A DNA stretch of 64,000 nt. Origin: Macrostomum hystrix (Eukaryota > Animalia > Platyhelminthes). A model generated the notes under the pieces. That model had not been told where the DNA came from, made no database searches, and saw nothing but the letters and a program-made list of their open reading frames with translations. The position numbers were made by a program, and so were the translations under genes. Below are positions 45,814-58,779 of this stretch, in pieces (the first letter of the stretch is position 1; each line of letters begins with the position of its first letter). The DNA lies in the NCBI GenBank assembly GCA_950097015.1, contig CATNEN010000031.1, positions 2,604,001 to 2,668,000 on the forward strand, in the 5' to 3' direction.

Positions 45814-46514
45814 TCTTTCACCAACTCCCCCGGCAGCGTCCGTGTTTCTTCCGCTAAAAACGGTCTTCCACTTGTTTTTCCCCTGAGACTATTGTTTATT
45901 GTGCCTCCCCCAATTCTAACGGCGAGAAAAGTGAGCGGCACGATTTTGCGCATATTTTTTAGAGTGAAATTCTTTCGCGTGTCTACTTATAGCAGGTGAG
46001 TTAATAAATCAAAGATATTTTGTTCAGACGTATATCGGATTTTTTAATACACCCTGAAAGGTGTAAAATTAAAAGTACACAAGGACTATGGACATCGTGC
46101 CGTTCATTGCTGTTAAAATTCGTGACACCCCTTGGTCTTATGTGCCTGTTATAAATCCCAGAATAACAAGGAAGCTAGTTACCGCCCATTATGTTTGCTA
46201 TGTACACTTTTAGTAATCAAAGGATCGCTATTTTTCTATTTAATAATTCCAATTCAGTCTAATTTTGCCCTATCCAGTCTTCGTTTGTTGATTCCGTGCA
46301 ATAAGTAAAATAAAATTTCCGAATAAACTCTGGTTATTTTATTTATTTTTTATTTGTTTCCCCGTGCCCATATACTCCTGTGTCCTATGTGATTTTTTGT
46401 TGGTTTCGGATTGCCAAAATGTGTTTTTCTAATCGTATATTGACTGGACATCACACAATGACACAGTCAAATATCTGGCTTGATGGGGTCTGTCTGTCTT
46501 GATGACAGACAGTT

Positions 46515-47340
46515 AAGGGGTCAATGACTGACCCAGAGAACTAGAATTAGTGGGTCAATGACTGACCCAAAGAACCAGAATTAGTGTGTCAATGACTGAC
46601 CCAGAGAACCAGAATTAGTGGGTCAATGACTGACCCAGAGAACCAGAATTAGTGGGTCAATGACTGACCCAAAGAACCAGAATTAGTGGGTCAATGACTG
46701 ACCCAAAGACCAGAATTAGTGGGTCAATGACTGACCCAAAGAACCAGAATTAGTGTGTCAATGACTGACCCAGAGAACCAGAATTAGTGGGTCAATGACT
46801 GACCCAGAGAACCAGAATTAGTGGGTCAATGACTGACCCAAAGAACCAGAATTAGTGGGTCAATGACTGACCCAAAGAACCAGAATTAGTGGGTCAATGA
46901 CTGACCCAGAGAACCAGAATTAGTGGTTCAATGACTGACCCAGAGAACCAGAATTAGTGGGTCAATGACTGACCCAAAGAACCAGAATTAGTGGGTCAAT
47001 GACTGACCCAAAGAACCAGAATTAGTGGGTCAATGACTGACCCAAAGAACCAGAATTAGTGGGTCAATGACTGACCCAAAGAACCAGAATTAGTGGGTCA
47101 ATGACTGACCCAGAGAACCAGAATTAGTGGGTCAATGACTGACCCAGAGAACCAGAATTAGTGGGTCAATGACTGACCCAAAGAACCAGAATTAGTGGGT
47201 CAATGACTGACCCAAAGAACCAGAATTTGTGGGTCAATGACTGACCCAGAGAACCAGAATTTGTGGGTCAATGACTGACCCAGAGAACCAGAATTTGTGG
47301 GTCAATGACTGACCCAGAGAACCAGAATTAGTGGGTCAGA
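46515..47340. repeat. 34-bp minisatellite with an internal palindrome (GGGTCA-ATGAC-TGACCC-AAAGAACCAGAATTAGT)n
   Basis: Direct reading; ~24 units. Confidence 0.95.
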
Positions 47341-47879
47341 CGGTTGAGTTTAGCAGTTTTTGTTAGTCTGCTACACTTGTTCGGCGTGCCAAAACTTAGA
47401 TGTAAGATTCTGACATGTTTGCTGACAATAAATTTTCGGTTCGCAAATTGCCAGGTTGTTTCTTTCTGACAAGTGTCTGTCATGACAGCCTCCCAGCGGC
47501 CCCTTGGATGTGGGTTCTTATTTATATTTTTAACTAAGCTTCTGACCTTGCCTCATTGGTATTCCGGCCTTCTGTGCTTCAACCCGCTACCTGTTATAAT
47601 ATTTTTGTCGTCTCCAAAGTACTATTTTAATTTTCTTGCTCGCGAGTGGAGGGTACATGTGACTATTAAAGAAATAAAAGCTAGTGTCTTCACTCGCTCC
47701 CTCACACAGTCCAACTATGCGCAATAACACTGGTGTGGCAGTCGTTTTTTTAGTGCTAATTTAAAATTACTGGCTGGACTTTTCAATCTGAATTTTAACT
47801 TTTTTGAAACAACTACAAAATAGTCTATTTTTATAGGATATTTTATATTTATGAAATCTGATTTCTAGTGATCTATATG

Positions 47880-48660
47880 ATACCACTGTCTAACAGGCAG
47901 CACCACTGTCTAACAGGGAATATCACTGTCTAACAGGAAACACCACAGTCTAACAGGCAGCACCACTGTCTAACAAGGAATATCACTGTCTAACAGGAAA
48001 CACCACAGTCTAACAGGCAGCACCACTGTCTAACAGGAAACACCACAGTCTAACAGGCAGCACCACTGTCTAACAGGAAACACCACAGTCTAACAGGCAG
48101 CACCACTGTCTAACAGGGAATATCACTATCTAACAGGCAGCACCACTGTCTAACAAGGAATATCACTGTCTAACAGGAAACACCACAGTCTAACAGGCAG
48201 CACCACTGTCTAACAGGAAACACCACAGTCTAACAGGCAGCACCACTGTCTAACAGGGAATATCACTATCTAACAGGCAGCACCACTGTCTAACAGGGAA
48301 TGTCACTATCTAACAGGAAACACCACAGTCTAACAGGCAGCACCACTGTCTAACAGGAAACACCACAGTCTAACAGGCAGCACCACTGTCTAACAGGAAA
48401 CACCACAGTCTAACAGGCAGCACCACTGTCTAACAGGCAGCACCACTGTCTAACAGGCAGCACCACTGTCTAACAGGGAATATCACTATCTAACAGGCAG
48501 CACCACTGCCTAACAGGGAATATCACTGTCTAACAGGAAACACCACAGTCTAACAGGCAGCACCACTGTCTAACAGGCAGCACCACTGTCTAACTGGCAA
48601 CACCACTGTCTAACAGGAAACACCGCTGTCTAACAGGAAACACCACTGTCTTACGGGCAA
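47880..48660. repeat. 20-bp minisatellite (CACCACTGTCTAACAGGCAG)n
   Basis: Direct reading. Confidence 0.95.
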
Positions 48661-48985
48661 CACCAACATAGTTGTCAAAAAGTTCAGCTATATGAACACC
48701 TATATGATGCAGAGAAATTAAAAAGTTGTTGTAAGCGGTTATTCGGTGGAACTCCCTTTACGTGGCGATGTTTGTTGAGTGACTAGTTAGTTTACTTAAA
48801 ATTGAAATGTTTTTATTAGCTACGAGTACTTTAACAGCACGTGCACTTCTATTTTATAATCAATGAAATTGAATGTTAATTTCTGCCAATTTCCATATTA
48901 AATGACGGAATTGTGTGAGAAAAATGCACTGTACACATGCATTCTTAGAATACCAGGTTTAGGATGTAACTAGTCTAAAAATAAT

Positions 48986-49262
48986 TCAGATTTTGCGAGA
49001 GCACAAAAAACACGATTCAATGGCGCCCGACTCCAATGGAGAATAACGACTTTCGTCGTCTAGTTCTGCCGCCGCCGACTCCGCCGACGCCTTCGGCGCC
49101 GCCACGACAACCGGCTCCGACAGCAGCCGCGCCAGTCGGCCTGGGCAGCGCGAAGCTCCAGTGCCGGCCAATGGCGGTTCCGGATGATTGGCCGGCCGTG
49201 GCCCAAATGACAGCGTCTGCATTGGTCGAAATAAATATTCATCGAGTCGCTGATTGATTGCT
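48986..49262 (-). CDS. Candidate terminal coding exon (possibly the distal Kv3 tail or a separate small gene)
   Basis: GC-rich island open to a stop at 48986. It has a TTTCACAG acceptor in phase 1, matching the phase-1 donor of a candidate exon at ~50025-49960. No recognisable domain. Confidence 0.3.
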
Positions 49263-50559
49263 GTGAAATTCACAGCTTAAAAATCTCTATGCCTTCAGTA
49301 GAGCTGATTGGTGGCTGTGAACCTTTTGATAAAAATCTCTATCCCCTTTCTTAGCACTGATTGGCTGCTGTGGGCTGGATTGGATAAAAATCGATAACCG
49401 TTCTACTTGGCTGATTGACTAGTTGCTTTATTGGGTTTCATTTTTTAGCTTTAAACTTCTTACCCCTGCCCTGCGCTGATTGGTTGTCTTGTTAATTAGA
49501 CTGCGCACTTCAGCGCCGAATTAAAGAACTATCCTTGATGCTGATTGGTTCGTATTCGTAGAGAGAGGGTCACTTTAGTAAAGCTATTTAACTTTTCATG
49601 AAAATGGCTTCTTGTGCTTTTTTCGTGCTATACATACTTGTAATTCAACAGAGAAACACATTTTCACGAAGCAGTGAAAATTACAATTACGAGTATAAAA
49701 CATTTCACAACATCGGCTGAGTTTATAAACATAAGCAAACACATTATTAGCTGCTTTATGAAGCACAAATACGAATGATTTAAAGCAAATCACATAGCAA
49801 ATCATTTTTTTTTCTTTGTAACGGAAACAGATTCGATCTTCCTATGCGTTTTCACAACTTGCTACTCACACCCGACTATTAGTAGTATTCCACGGACATG
49901 AGACGGCAAGCAACATGCGAGCGGCATTCATTTAGATTAGAAGGGTATGCTTTACCAGTACTTCGACCCGGCCCCGAGCTGCGCCCTACACGGCAGCAGC
50001 AGCAGCTCCGTTGCTGTCAGCTCTGCAAACGGCGGTTGCGATAGAAACGCACCTATATAGCGATGTCGAATAGCTTTTCAGCCCAACTCTATATAAGTAG
50101 TCAACTTTTTTGTTCCTGCGATAAAAATTCACCACCAATCATTTATGCGCAGCAGCAGCAAGCAATGTTTATGCCGCTTTCAATTTCGCAGGTGTTCAAA
50201 ACATTCCCTCTTTATAGAATTTATCTTCGCTTAGAAAAACGCAAAAGAGGCAAATTAAAAAATGAACAGGCAAGCAAACAATTAAATATGTGGGATGCAT
50301 CCGTGACGTTTAAAAAAATTAAAATTAACCCATTAACAAACCCGGTTAGCGATTTGGTGAAGGATTTGGACAAAAAGTGTTTGTAAAATTTCCCCCGAGT
50401 GCAAGGATTGTGGTGAAGCACCGAACTTCCTAGTGAATCATTTTTCATTCGAACAAATTAATATTTATTTCTCAGCCCGAATGAAAACTTTCTAAATTCA
50501 AGAACAACCTAATTAAAAAAGTCCCATACCTAAATTATCGATATCAAAATCCCATATTC

Positions 50560-51860
50560 CAAAATCTCAGTGCTTCCATAAAATCCCATTGATCTAAAAC
50601 CCATCGATCCTAAAATCCCATTGATATCAAGATCCTAGTGATTCCAAAATCTCATTGATCCTAAAATCCAATTGATCCCAAACCCATTGATCTCAAAACA
50701 CGTTAATCCCGAAATCCCAGTAATCCCATTAATCCCAGTAATCCCAAAATCCCAGTAATCCCAAAATCCCAGTAATTCCAAAATCCCAGTAATCCCATAA
50801 TCCCAGTAATCGCAAAGTCCCAGTAATCCCTAAATCATGGTGATTCTAAAATCCCATCAAATCCAAAATGTCAGTGATATTAGAATGCCAGTGGTCCTAA
50901 AATCCAAAAATCCTGGTCTTAAAATTCTCAGCAATCTGACATATCGGTGCAGCAACTAAAAGAGAACAGAAAGAGACGCAAAAGATGCGGCATAAGACGC
51001 TGGTGCCCTTGCGCGCAACAGAGGAGGCAGCGTAGCTGGTGCTGGTGGCGCAGAGCCCGCAAAATTTACCTCGCACGGCGCGGACACCAAATCGCGGCTA
51101 ATTAGCACCTGGGGGGAGAAGGCTGATAAAGACGTGGCGAGGCTAGAGGCAACTTCGCGCGCGCTCGACTCAAAACTCGATGTCGTCGGCTGCGGCTAGG
51201 GGAGCCGTCAGGCTGCCATCGGAGGAGCCGCGGCCCAGGCTGCCGGCTTCGATGTCAGAGGGCGACGTCAATGTCAGGGCTGTGCGCTGCTCGGAGGTAT
51301 TCGCCAACTCCTCATCAGCCGGTGAAAGCTTTGAGCGATGAGCGACGGAGGTGGGCATGTGTTGTTATACTTCTTAAAGTCATCCAATCCAGATCCAAGT
51401 CATTCGCCATCAAAACACGTTAATCCCGAAATCCCAGAAATCCCGAAATCCCGAAATCCCAAAATCCCAGTAATCCCAAAAATCCCAGTAATCCCAAAAT
51501 CCCAGTAATCCCAAAATCCCAGTAATCCCAAAATCCCAGTAATCCCAAAATCCCAGTAATCCCAAAATCCCAGTAATCCCAAAATCCCAGTAATCCCAAA
51601 ATCCCAGTAATCCCAAAATCCCAGTAATCCCAAAATCCCAGTAATCCCAAAATCCCATTAATCCCAAAATCCCAGTAATCCCAAATCCCAGTAATTCCAA
51701 AATCCCAGTAATCCCAAAATCCCAGTAATCCCAAAATCCCAGTAATCCCAAAATCCCAGTAATCCCAAAATCCCATTAATCCCAAAATCCCAGTAATCTC
51801 TTAATCCCAGTAATCCCAAAATCCCAGTAATCCCAAAATCCCAGTAATCCAGATAATGCA
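50560..51860. repeat. Two 17-bp arrays (CCCAGTAATCCCAAAAT)n at ~50560-50900 (degenerate) and 51420-51855
   Basis: Direct reading. Confidence 0.93.
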
Positions 51861-52232
51861 TGTTCTGATAATCTCGAAGTCCTGATTTTTTCGGGACCAG
51901 CAAATCATGGTAACATTCTAGATAAGATTTATTCAAAATACAGCAAATCCGAAGTAGAACTAGACTGAAATAAAATTATTGATAATTTCTAGTCAAATTA
52001 AACTGTGCAAAGCAGAGGTGTCGGGATACGGAAGGGGTCAATACACACAGGATAGGTCTGATTATAAGATCTCACCCTATGAATCTATATATTGAACATG
52101 GTTTCATACATACGTGTATATACTTGAGTAGACAAGCACAATCATTTATGTCATCTGAGACTGTTTACTCACAATTCTCATTATTGAATTAGATTTTAAC
52201 CCCGTAAATAATTAGCCAGTCTTAGGCCGCAC

Positions 52233-55200
52233 CTGGCTGTGCAGCGGTGAGCACTCCGGTATTGTTGCTATGGCCCTCCTGCCGAACAGCCCGATGCCGC
52301 CGCCGCCGCCGCTGCCCATGCCGATGCCACCAGCGCTGCCACTGCGACCGCGAATGCCAAGCTCTGGTACTGGAATATTTTACAAGCCATTGTGCCTATA
52401 TTATCACACACAGGGCTAGTACACACACACAGGGCTAGTACACACACACAGGGCTAGTACACACACACAGGGCTAGTACACACACACAGGGCTGTGCCTA
52501 TTACACAGGGCTAGTACACACACAGGGCTAGTACATACACACAGGGCTAGTACACACACACAGGGCTAGTACACACACACAGGGCTAGTACACACACACA
52601 GGGCTAGTACACACACAGGGCTAGTACACACACACAGGGCTAGTACACACACACAGGGCTGTGCCTATTACACAGGGCTAGTACACACACAGGGCTAGTA
52701 CATACACACAGGGCTAGTACACACACACAGGGCTAGTACACACACACAGGGCTAGTACACACACACAGGGCTAGTACACACACACAGGGCTAGTACACAC
52801 ACAGGGCTAGTACACACACAGGGCTAGTACACACACACAGGGCTAGTACACACACACAGGGCTAGTACACACAGGGCTAGTACACACACACAGGGCTAGT
52901 ACACACAGGGCTAGTACACACACACAGGGCTAGTACACACACACAGGGCTAGTACACACACACAGGGCTAGTACACACACACAGGGCTAGTACACACACA
53001 GGGCTAGTACACACACAGGGCTAGTACACACACACAGGGCTAGTACACACACACAGGGCTAGTACACACACACAGGGCTAGTACACACACACAGGGCTAG
53101 TACACACACAGGGCTAGTACACACACAGGGCTGTGCCTATTACACAGGGCTAGTACACACACATAGGGCTAGTACACACAGGGCTAGTACACACACACAG
53201 GGCTAGTACACACAGGGCTAGTACACACACACAGGGCTAGAACACACAGGGCTGTGCCTATTGTTTACTGTATCAGTGTTTCACAATAATTAGCTTAGAA
53301 ATGTAGACTACAAGCTAGAAGCTGAGATGTGCTCAGCTGACCTCATCGCACGGGCCGCCCTGAGCTGAGAAGACGAATGTCCGACAGGCCCTGAGCCTAG
53401 ATAAGCCAGTTGATGCCATTTATTATTCAAAGGCCACTGTCTAGTAGTTTATGCAGAGCCGGCGCATAAAACATTCTGACTGTGCTCGGCTTCAATTATT
53501 AACTAAGCGCGTGCTTTGCCTTATCAAGGTCATGCCCGCGTGCGAAAAATAGCACAGAAACAGAATTAAAGCAATCAAAATAAACTGGCTTGCACAACTA
53601 TGGGACAAACTTTTCTAACTAATTTGGCATGGAGACCACCGGCTAGCTGATTATATAGAAGCTTCAACTGGATTTCATTTGACACTCGCAGACACACGTC
53701 AGCTGTCAAACAGTCTGCCTAAACCTATAAACCTACTTGTGTCAGTTAAATGAGATTAAACCATTTAATAATGTTTTTGGGATAATTATTCATTTCAGTG
53801 ATCCCAATCTGGTGTCTAATTTTCCCTTTAGCTCTAAGTTTTTCTGAGGAATTAAATAGGAGCTTTTATTTTATTGTCATTTTAGTATCAGTACCAAAAA
53901 TTTATTTACCAGTGCTAGTGCACTATTGTACCAGTGCTAGTGCACTCTTGTACCAGTGATAATGCACTCTTCTACCAGTGCTAGTGCACTATTGTACCAG
54001 TGCTAGTGCACTCTTGTACTAGTGATAATGCACTCTTGTACCAGTGCTAGTGCACTATTGTACCAGTGCTAGTGCACTCTTGTACTAGTGATAATGCACT
54101 CTTGTACCAGTGCTAGTGCACTATTGTACCAGTGCTAGTGCACTCTTGTACCAGTGATAATGCACTCTTGTAGCGGTGATAATTCAATATTGTACCAGTG
54201 ATAATGCACTATTGTACCAGTGATAATGCACTATTGTACCAGTGATAATGCACTGTTTTACCAGTGATAATGCACTATTGTACCAGTGATAATGCACTGT
54301 TGTACCAGTGATAATGCACTATTGTACCAGTGATAATGCACTGTTGTACCAGTGATAATGCACTATTGTACCAGTGATAATGCACTGTTGTACCAGTGAT
54401 AATGCACTATTGTACCAGTGATAATGCACTGTTGTACCAGTGATAATGCACTATTGTACCAGTGATAATGCACTATTGTACCAGTGATAATGCACTGTTG
54501 TACCAGTCATAATGCACTATTGTACCAGTGATAATGCACTGTTGTACCAGTGATAATGCACTATTGTACCAGTGATAATGCACTGTTGTACCAGTGATAA
54601 TGCACTATTGTACCAGTGATAATGCACTGTTGTACCAGTGATAATGCACTATTGTACCAGTGATAATGCACTATTGTACCAGTGATAATGCACTGTTGTA
54701 CCAGTCATAATGCACTGTTGTACCAGTGATAATGCACTATTGTACCAGTGATAATGCACTGTTGTACCAGTGATAATGCACTATTGTACCAGTGATAATG
54801 CACTGTTGTACCAGTGATAATGCACTATTGTACCAGTGATAATGCACTGTTGTACCAGTGATAATGCACTATTGTACCAGTGATAATGCACTGTTGTACC
54901 AGTCATAATTCACTGTTGTACCAGTGATAATGCACTGTTGTACCAGTCATAATGCACTGTTGTACCAGTACTAGTGCACTCTTGTACCAGTGATAATGCA
55001 CTCTTGTACCAATGCTAGTGCGCTACTGTACCAGTGATAATGCACTCTTGTTGCAGTGATAATTCAATATTGTACCAGTGATTATGCACTCTTGCAACAG
55101 TGCTAGTGCACTATCGTTCCAGTGCCAGTGCACTATTGTTCCAGTGCCAGTGCACTATTGTTCCAGTGCCAGTGCACTATTGTTCCAGTGCCAGTGAACT

Positions 55201-55794
55201 ATTGTTCCAGTGCCAGTGCACTATTGTTCCAGTGCCAGTGCACTATTGGACCAGTGAAAATGCACTATTATAGCAGTGATAATTCAAATTGTAGTGGAAT
55301 GTGAAGGTAGTATACACTAGCACTAACACTAGCATATTACTAGTGCGGAATACGGAGACGAGTGCTCACCTGGCCAGGACTCGCTGAGCAGCAGGTCGCT
55401 GCGATCGTCACTTTTCGCGCGTCTAAACGCTGTTAAAATCGGCGTTCTCATTGTTTCAATAATGCGCAAATAAAAAAAGTTTAAATATAGTCAAATAACA
55501 GCGCATTGGCAGCTGCGAAAGTAAAACAGTTCGCTCACGCAGAATATTGATCCCCTAAACGGATGCATCCCATAAAATGAACTGATAAAGAAGAAGCAAT
55601 ATTACAAATAGCAAAATAACTTGCAAATCTAACTACTAGAGGGCAGCAGAACATAAATTTGCCAATTTACCTCGCCTGGCTGAGGAGATGTTTTGATCGT
55701 CCGGTGGCAGGTGGCCATTTGGTCTCAGACTGGCCCTCCGCTGGATTCTGGAGCCCCTGGTCACTACGGACGGCCCTGCAGACTCTACAGGCGA

Positions 55795-55834
<40 letters not shown>

Positions 55835-58741
55835 CACTGATGATGATGCTGTGGCGATCGTCTGTCCGCTAAAAGCAAAACGAATAGAGCAAAAATCATT
55901 ACTCAATTCGCACCTTCACCTTCCTCCTTTCCTCCCTTCCACCGTCTTACCTTCCTACCTTCCTCCCTTCCTCCCTTCCTACCTTCCTACCTTCCTCCCT
56001 TCCTACCTGCCTCCCTTCCTCCCTTCCTACCTGCCTCCCTTCCTACCTTCCTCACTTCCTCACTTCCTCCCTTCCTCCCTTCCTCCCTTCCTCCCTTCCT
56101 CCCTTCCTCCCTCCCTACCTTCCTCCCTTCCTCCCTCCCTACCTTCCTCCCTTCCTACCTTCCTCCCTTCCTCCCTTCCTACCTTCCTACCTTCTTCCCT
56201 TCCTACCTGCCTCCCTTCCTACCTTCCTCACTTCCTCACTTCCTACCTTCCTCCCTTCCTCCCTTCCTCCCTTCCTCCCTCCCTACCTTCCTCCCTTCCT
56301 ACCTGCCTCCCTTCCTACCTTCCTTCCTACCTTCCTTCCTACCTTCCTCCCTTCCTACCTGCCTCCCTTCCTACCTTCCTCACTTCCTCACTTCCTACCT
56401 TCCTCCCTTCCTCCCTTCCTCCCTTCCTCCCTTCCTCCCTTCCTCCCTTCCTCCCTTCCTCCCTCCCTACCTTCCTACCTTCCTCCCTTCCTCCCCTCCT
56501 CCCTTCAGCCCTTTCTACCTTCCTCCCTTCCTCCCCTCCTCCCTTCAGCCCTTCCCCCCTTCCTCCCTTCCTTCCTTCCTCCCTTCCCACCTTTCTCGCT
56601 TCCTACCTTCCTCCCTTCCTACCTTTCTCCCTTCCTACCTTCCTCCCTTCCCACCTTTCTCCCTTCCTCCCTTCCTCCCTCCCTACCTTCCTCCCTTCCT
56701 ACCTGCCTCCCTTCCTACCTTTCTCCCTTCCTACCTTCCTCCCTTCCCACCTTTCTCCCTTCCTCCCTTCCTCCCTCCCTACCTTCCTCCCTTCCTACCT
56801 GCCTCCCTTTCTCCCTTCCTACCTTTCTCCCTTCCTCCCTTTCTCCCTTCCTCCCTTCCTCCCTTCCTCCCTTCCTCCCTTCCTACTACATATAATGGTA
56901 AGTGTATTATATCAAAGGTAAATAACAATGAAAATTGCAGCTCACTTAGCGTCCCCGGGATCTCCAGCGCGTCAGGCTTCCTGACCGCCGCAGCCTCATC
57001 CGACAGTTCTATGGTGATGTCTGGCGGGCAGCCTGAGGTAGTAATAGTACATGCAGTAAAGGATATGCTTATTGAGTAGCAGTTAAAGTACTTTCTTTAG
57101 TAAGTCCTACCTGGAAACGCCGCCTCACCGACTGTCGCAGCCTCGGGCGACAGGTCCAGCTCTTCGCTGACCGACGGCGTCTGGGCCCCGGAGTCCGAGC
57201 AACTCAACTGCTGCCCGTTCTCCTCGCCGTAGCAGCGGCTGCAGCCGCCTTCGCCGGCGCCGCCGCCAGCGCCGCCTCCCCCCGCGCCAGTCTGTTTGAG
57301 CGCATCGTGGGCTCCCACCAGGACGCGCTTCTTTCTCTTTGGCAGCTTCAGTCGGGCCTGGGCGTGCGTGTAGTACAGCGCGAAATTGTTGACAATGATT
57401 GGCACGGGCAGCGCAATCACCAGCACTCCGCTGATGGCACAGACGCCGCCCACAATATAGCCTTCGATGAGTTGGAGGGAGGTTGGGAAGCGGTTGAGTG
57501 GGACTCATTTTCTCTTGCAATTCCCGGGGGCAGCAGAGCTTTCAGCTGGAGGTTAAGGCTCTGTTAAATGTTCCGCTTGGCAATCAGTTTCTGTTAACTC
57601 AGGTGGCGCCTGAAGTGGCCAAAAAATCGGAACTGCAATTTCTTTTTTAATTCCCGATCGAAAATTGAAAGGAAAGAAAAATTGACAAGTTGCGATTGTT
57701 TGATGTTATTTGAGTTTTCAGTTTGAGTTTGCTTATTTTACAGAAAAATTGCTGCCGTCATCAAGCACAAAAGAACACTTCGAACTGAAAACCAGGCATT
57801 TTAAATGGTCTGAGAAGCTAATCAAAAAGGGATTTAATCCAGACAGATCTTTTTTATTACTTCAGTATTTTGTTCACTTCCAAATTGTACATCCACCACC
57901 CCATTTTCATTCTAATGCTGCTGCACCCACCACCTCATTTTCATTCTAATGATGCTGCACCCACCACCTCATTTTCATTCTAATGCTGCTGCACCAACCA
58001 CCTCATTTTCATTCTAATGATTCTGCACCAACCACCTCATTTTCATTCTAATGCTGCTGCACCCACCTTATTTTCACGCCACTCCTGCCAACAAAATGGA
58101 AACCATGTCTCACCTGGCAGCGTCCTCGGAACCATATCACCGTATCCTAGCGTTGTCATGGTAACCAGTGCCCACCAGAAGCCGATAGGTATGGTGCGAA
58201 ACTCGTTGACGGGCGACTCGACAAATTGCTCGCAGATGAAGATGGCAGTGCCGCAGAGGACGACAAAGATGGCAAACACCGTGGCTAGCAGAGTCAGCTC
58301 TCTGGAGGATGCCTTCATGGTATGCACGAGGATCTTCAGTCCGGAGAAGTGGCGCGTCAGTTTGAAGATGCGCAGAATGCGTGGCACCTTGAGAATCTGG
58401 TGCAGGATGACGGCAGACTCGGCGGGCACAGCGAACGAGACGCAGGCCGTTGCCACGGCGACTATGTCAATCCAATTCAGGGCCGATTTAAAAAATTCGC
58501 TCTTTGACGGGCAAAACACGAGCCGAGCGGCCAGCTCAATGGCAAAGTACACAGTCACCGTGATGTCTATGGCGTGAACCGCCGGTCGCGGCTGCGTGAA
58601 GCGAAGACAATCGGACACAAGCAGGCGGCTGCAGTTCCTGCCCGCCGCGCCGGGGCGCATTGTGCGAGCTTCCGGCAGCGTCTCAACCACCAGGGCAATG
58701 ATTGAGGCCAGGATAAACAGCACCGATACGGTTGCCAGCAC
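52233..58741 (-). CDS. Kv3/Shaw voltage-gated potassium channel, S1-S6 plus C-terminal exons: 58741-58114, 57461-57111, 57032-56946, 55868-55671, 55429-55370, 52369-52233 (T1 exon(s) outside the window)
   Basis: S4-S5 [27 protein letters not shown]; pore [17 protein letters not shown]; S6 [16 protein letters not shown]. All five junctions are GT/AG in phase 1 and keep an open frame. The terminal exon is unresolved (candidates at ~51370-51170 and ~51109-50930). Confidence 0.85.
52410..53250. repeat. (AGGGCTAGT(AC)n) minisatellite
   Basis: Direct reading; variable AC runs. Confidence 0.93.
53905..55275. repeat. 22-bp minisatellite (GTACCAGTGATAATGCACTATT)n
   Basis: Direct reading. Confidence 0.95.
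55915..56885. repeat. ~970-bp homopyrimidine/homopurine low-complexity tract (CTTC/CTCC/CTAC)
   Basis: Almost exclusively C/T on the plus strand. Confidence 0.95.
57890..58068. repeat. 34-bp minisatellite, ~5 units
   Basis: CCACCACCTCATTTTCATTCTAATGCTGCTGCAC repeats. Confidence 0.9.
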
Positions 58742-58779
58742 CTGCGGTAACGTGAGCATGAGTTCTTGGTTGTGCTTGT

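Noticed and set aside
17650-47340. CRISPR-like arrays (29-36-bp periodic repeats)
   Set aside because: Units are head-to-tail with no unique spacers, there are no cas genes, and the context is eukaryotic.
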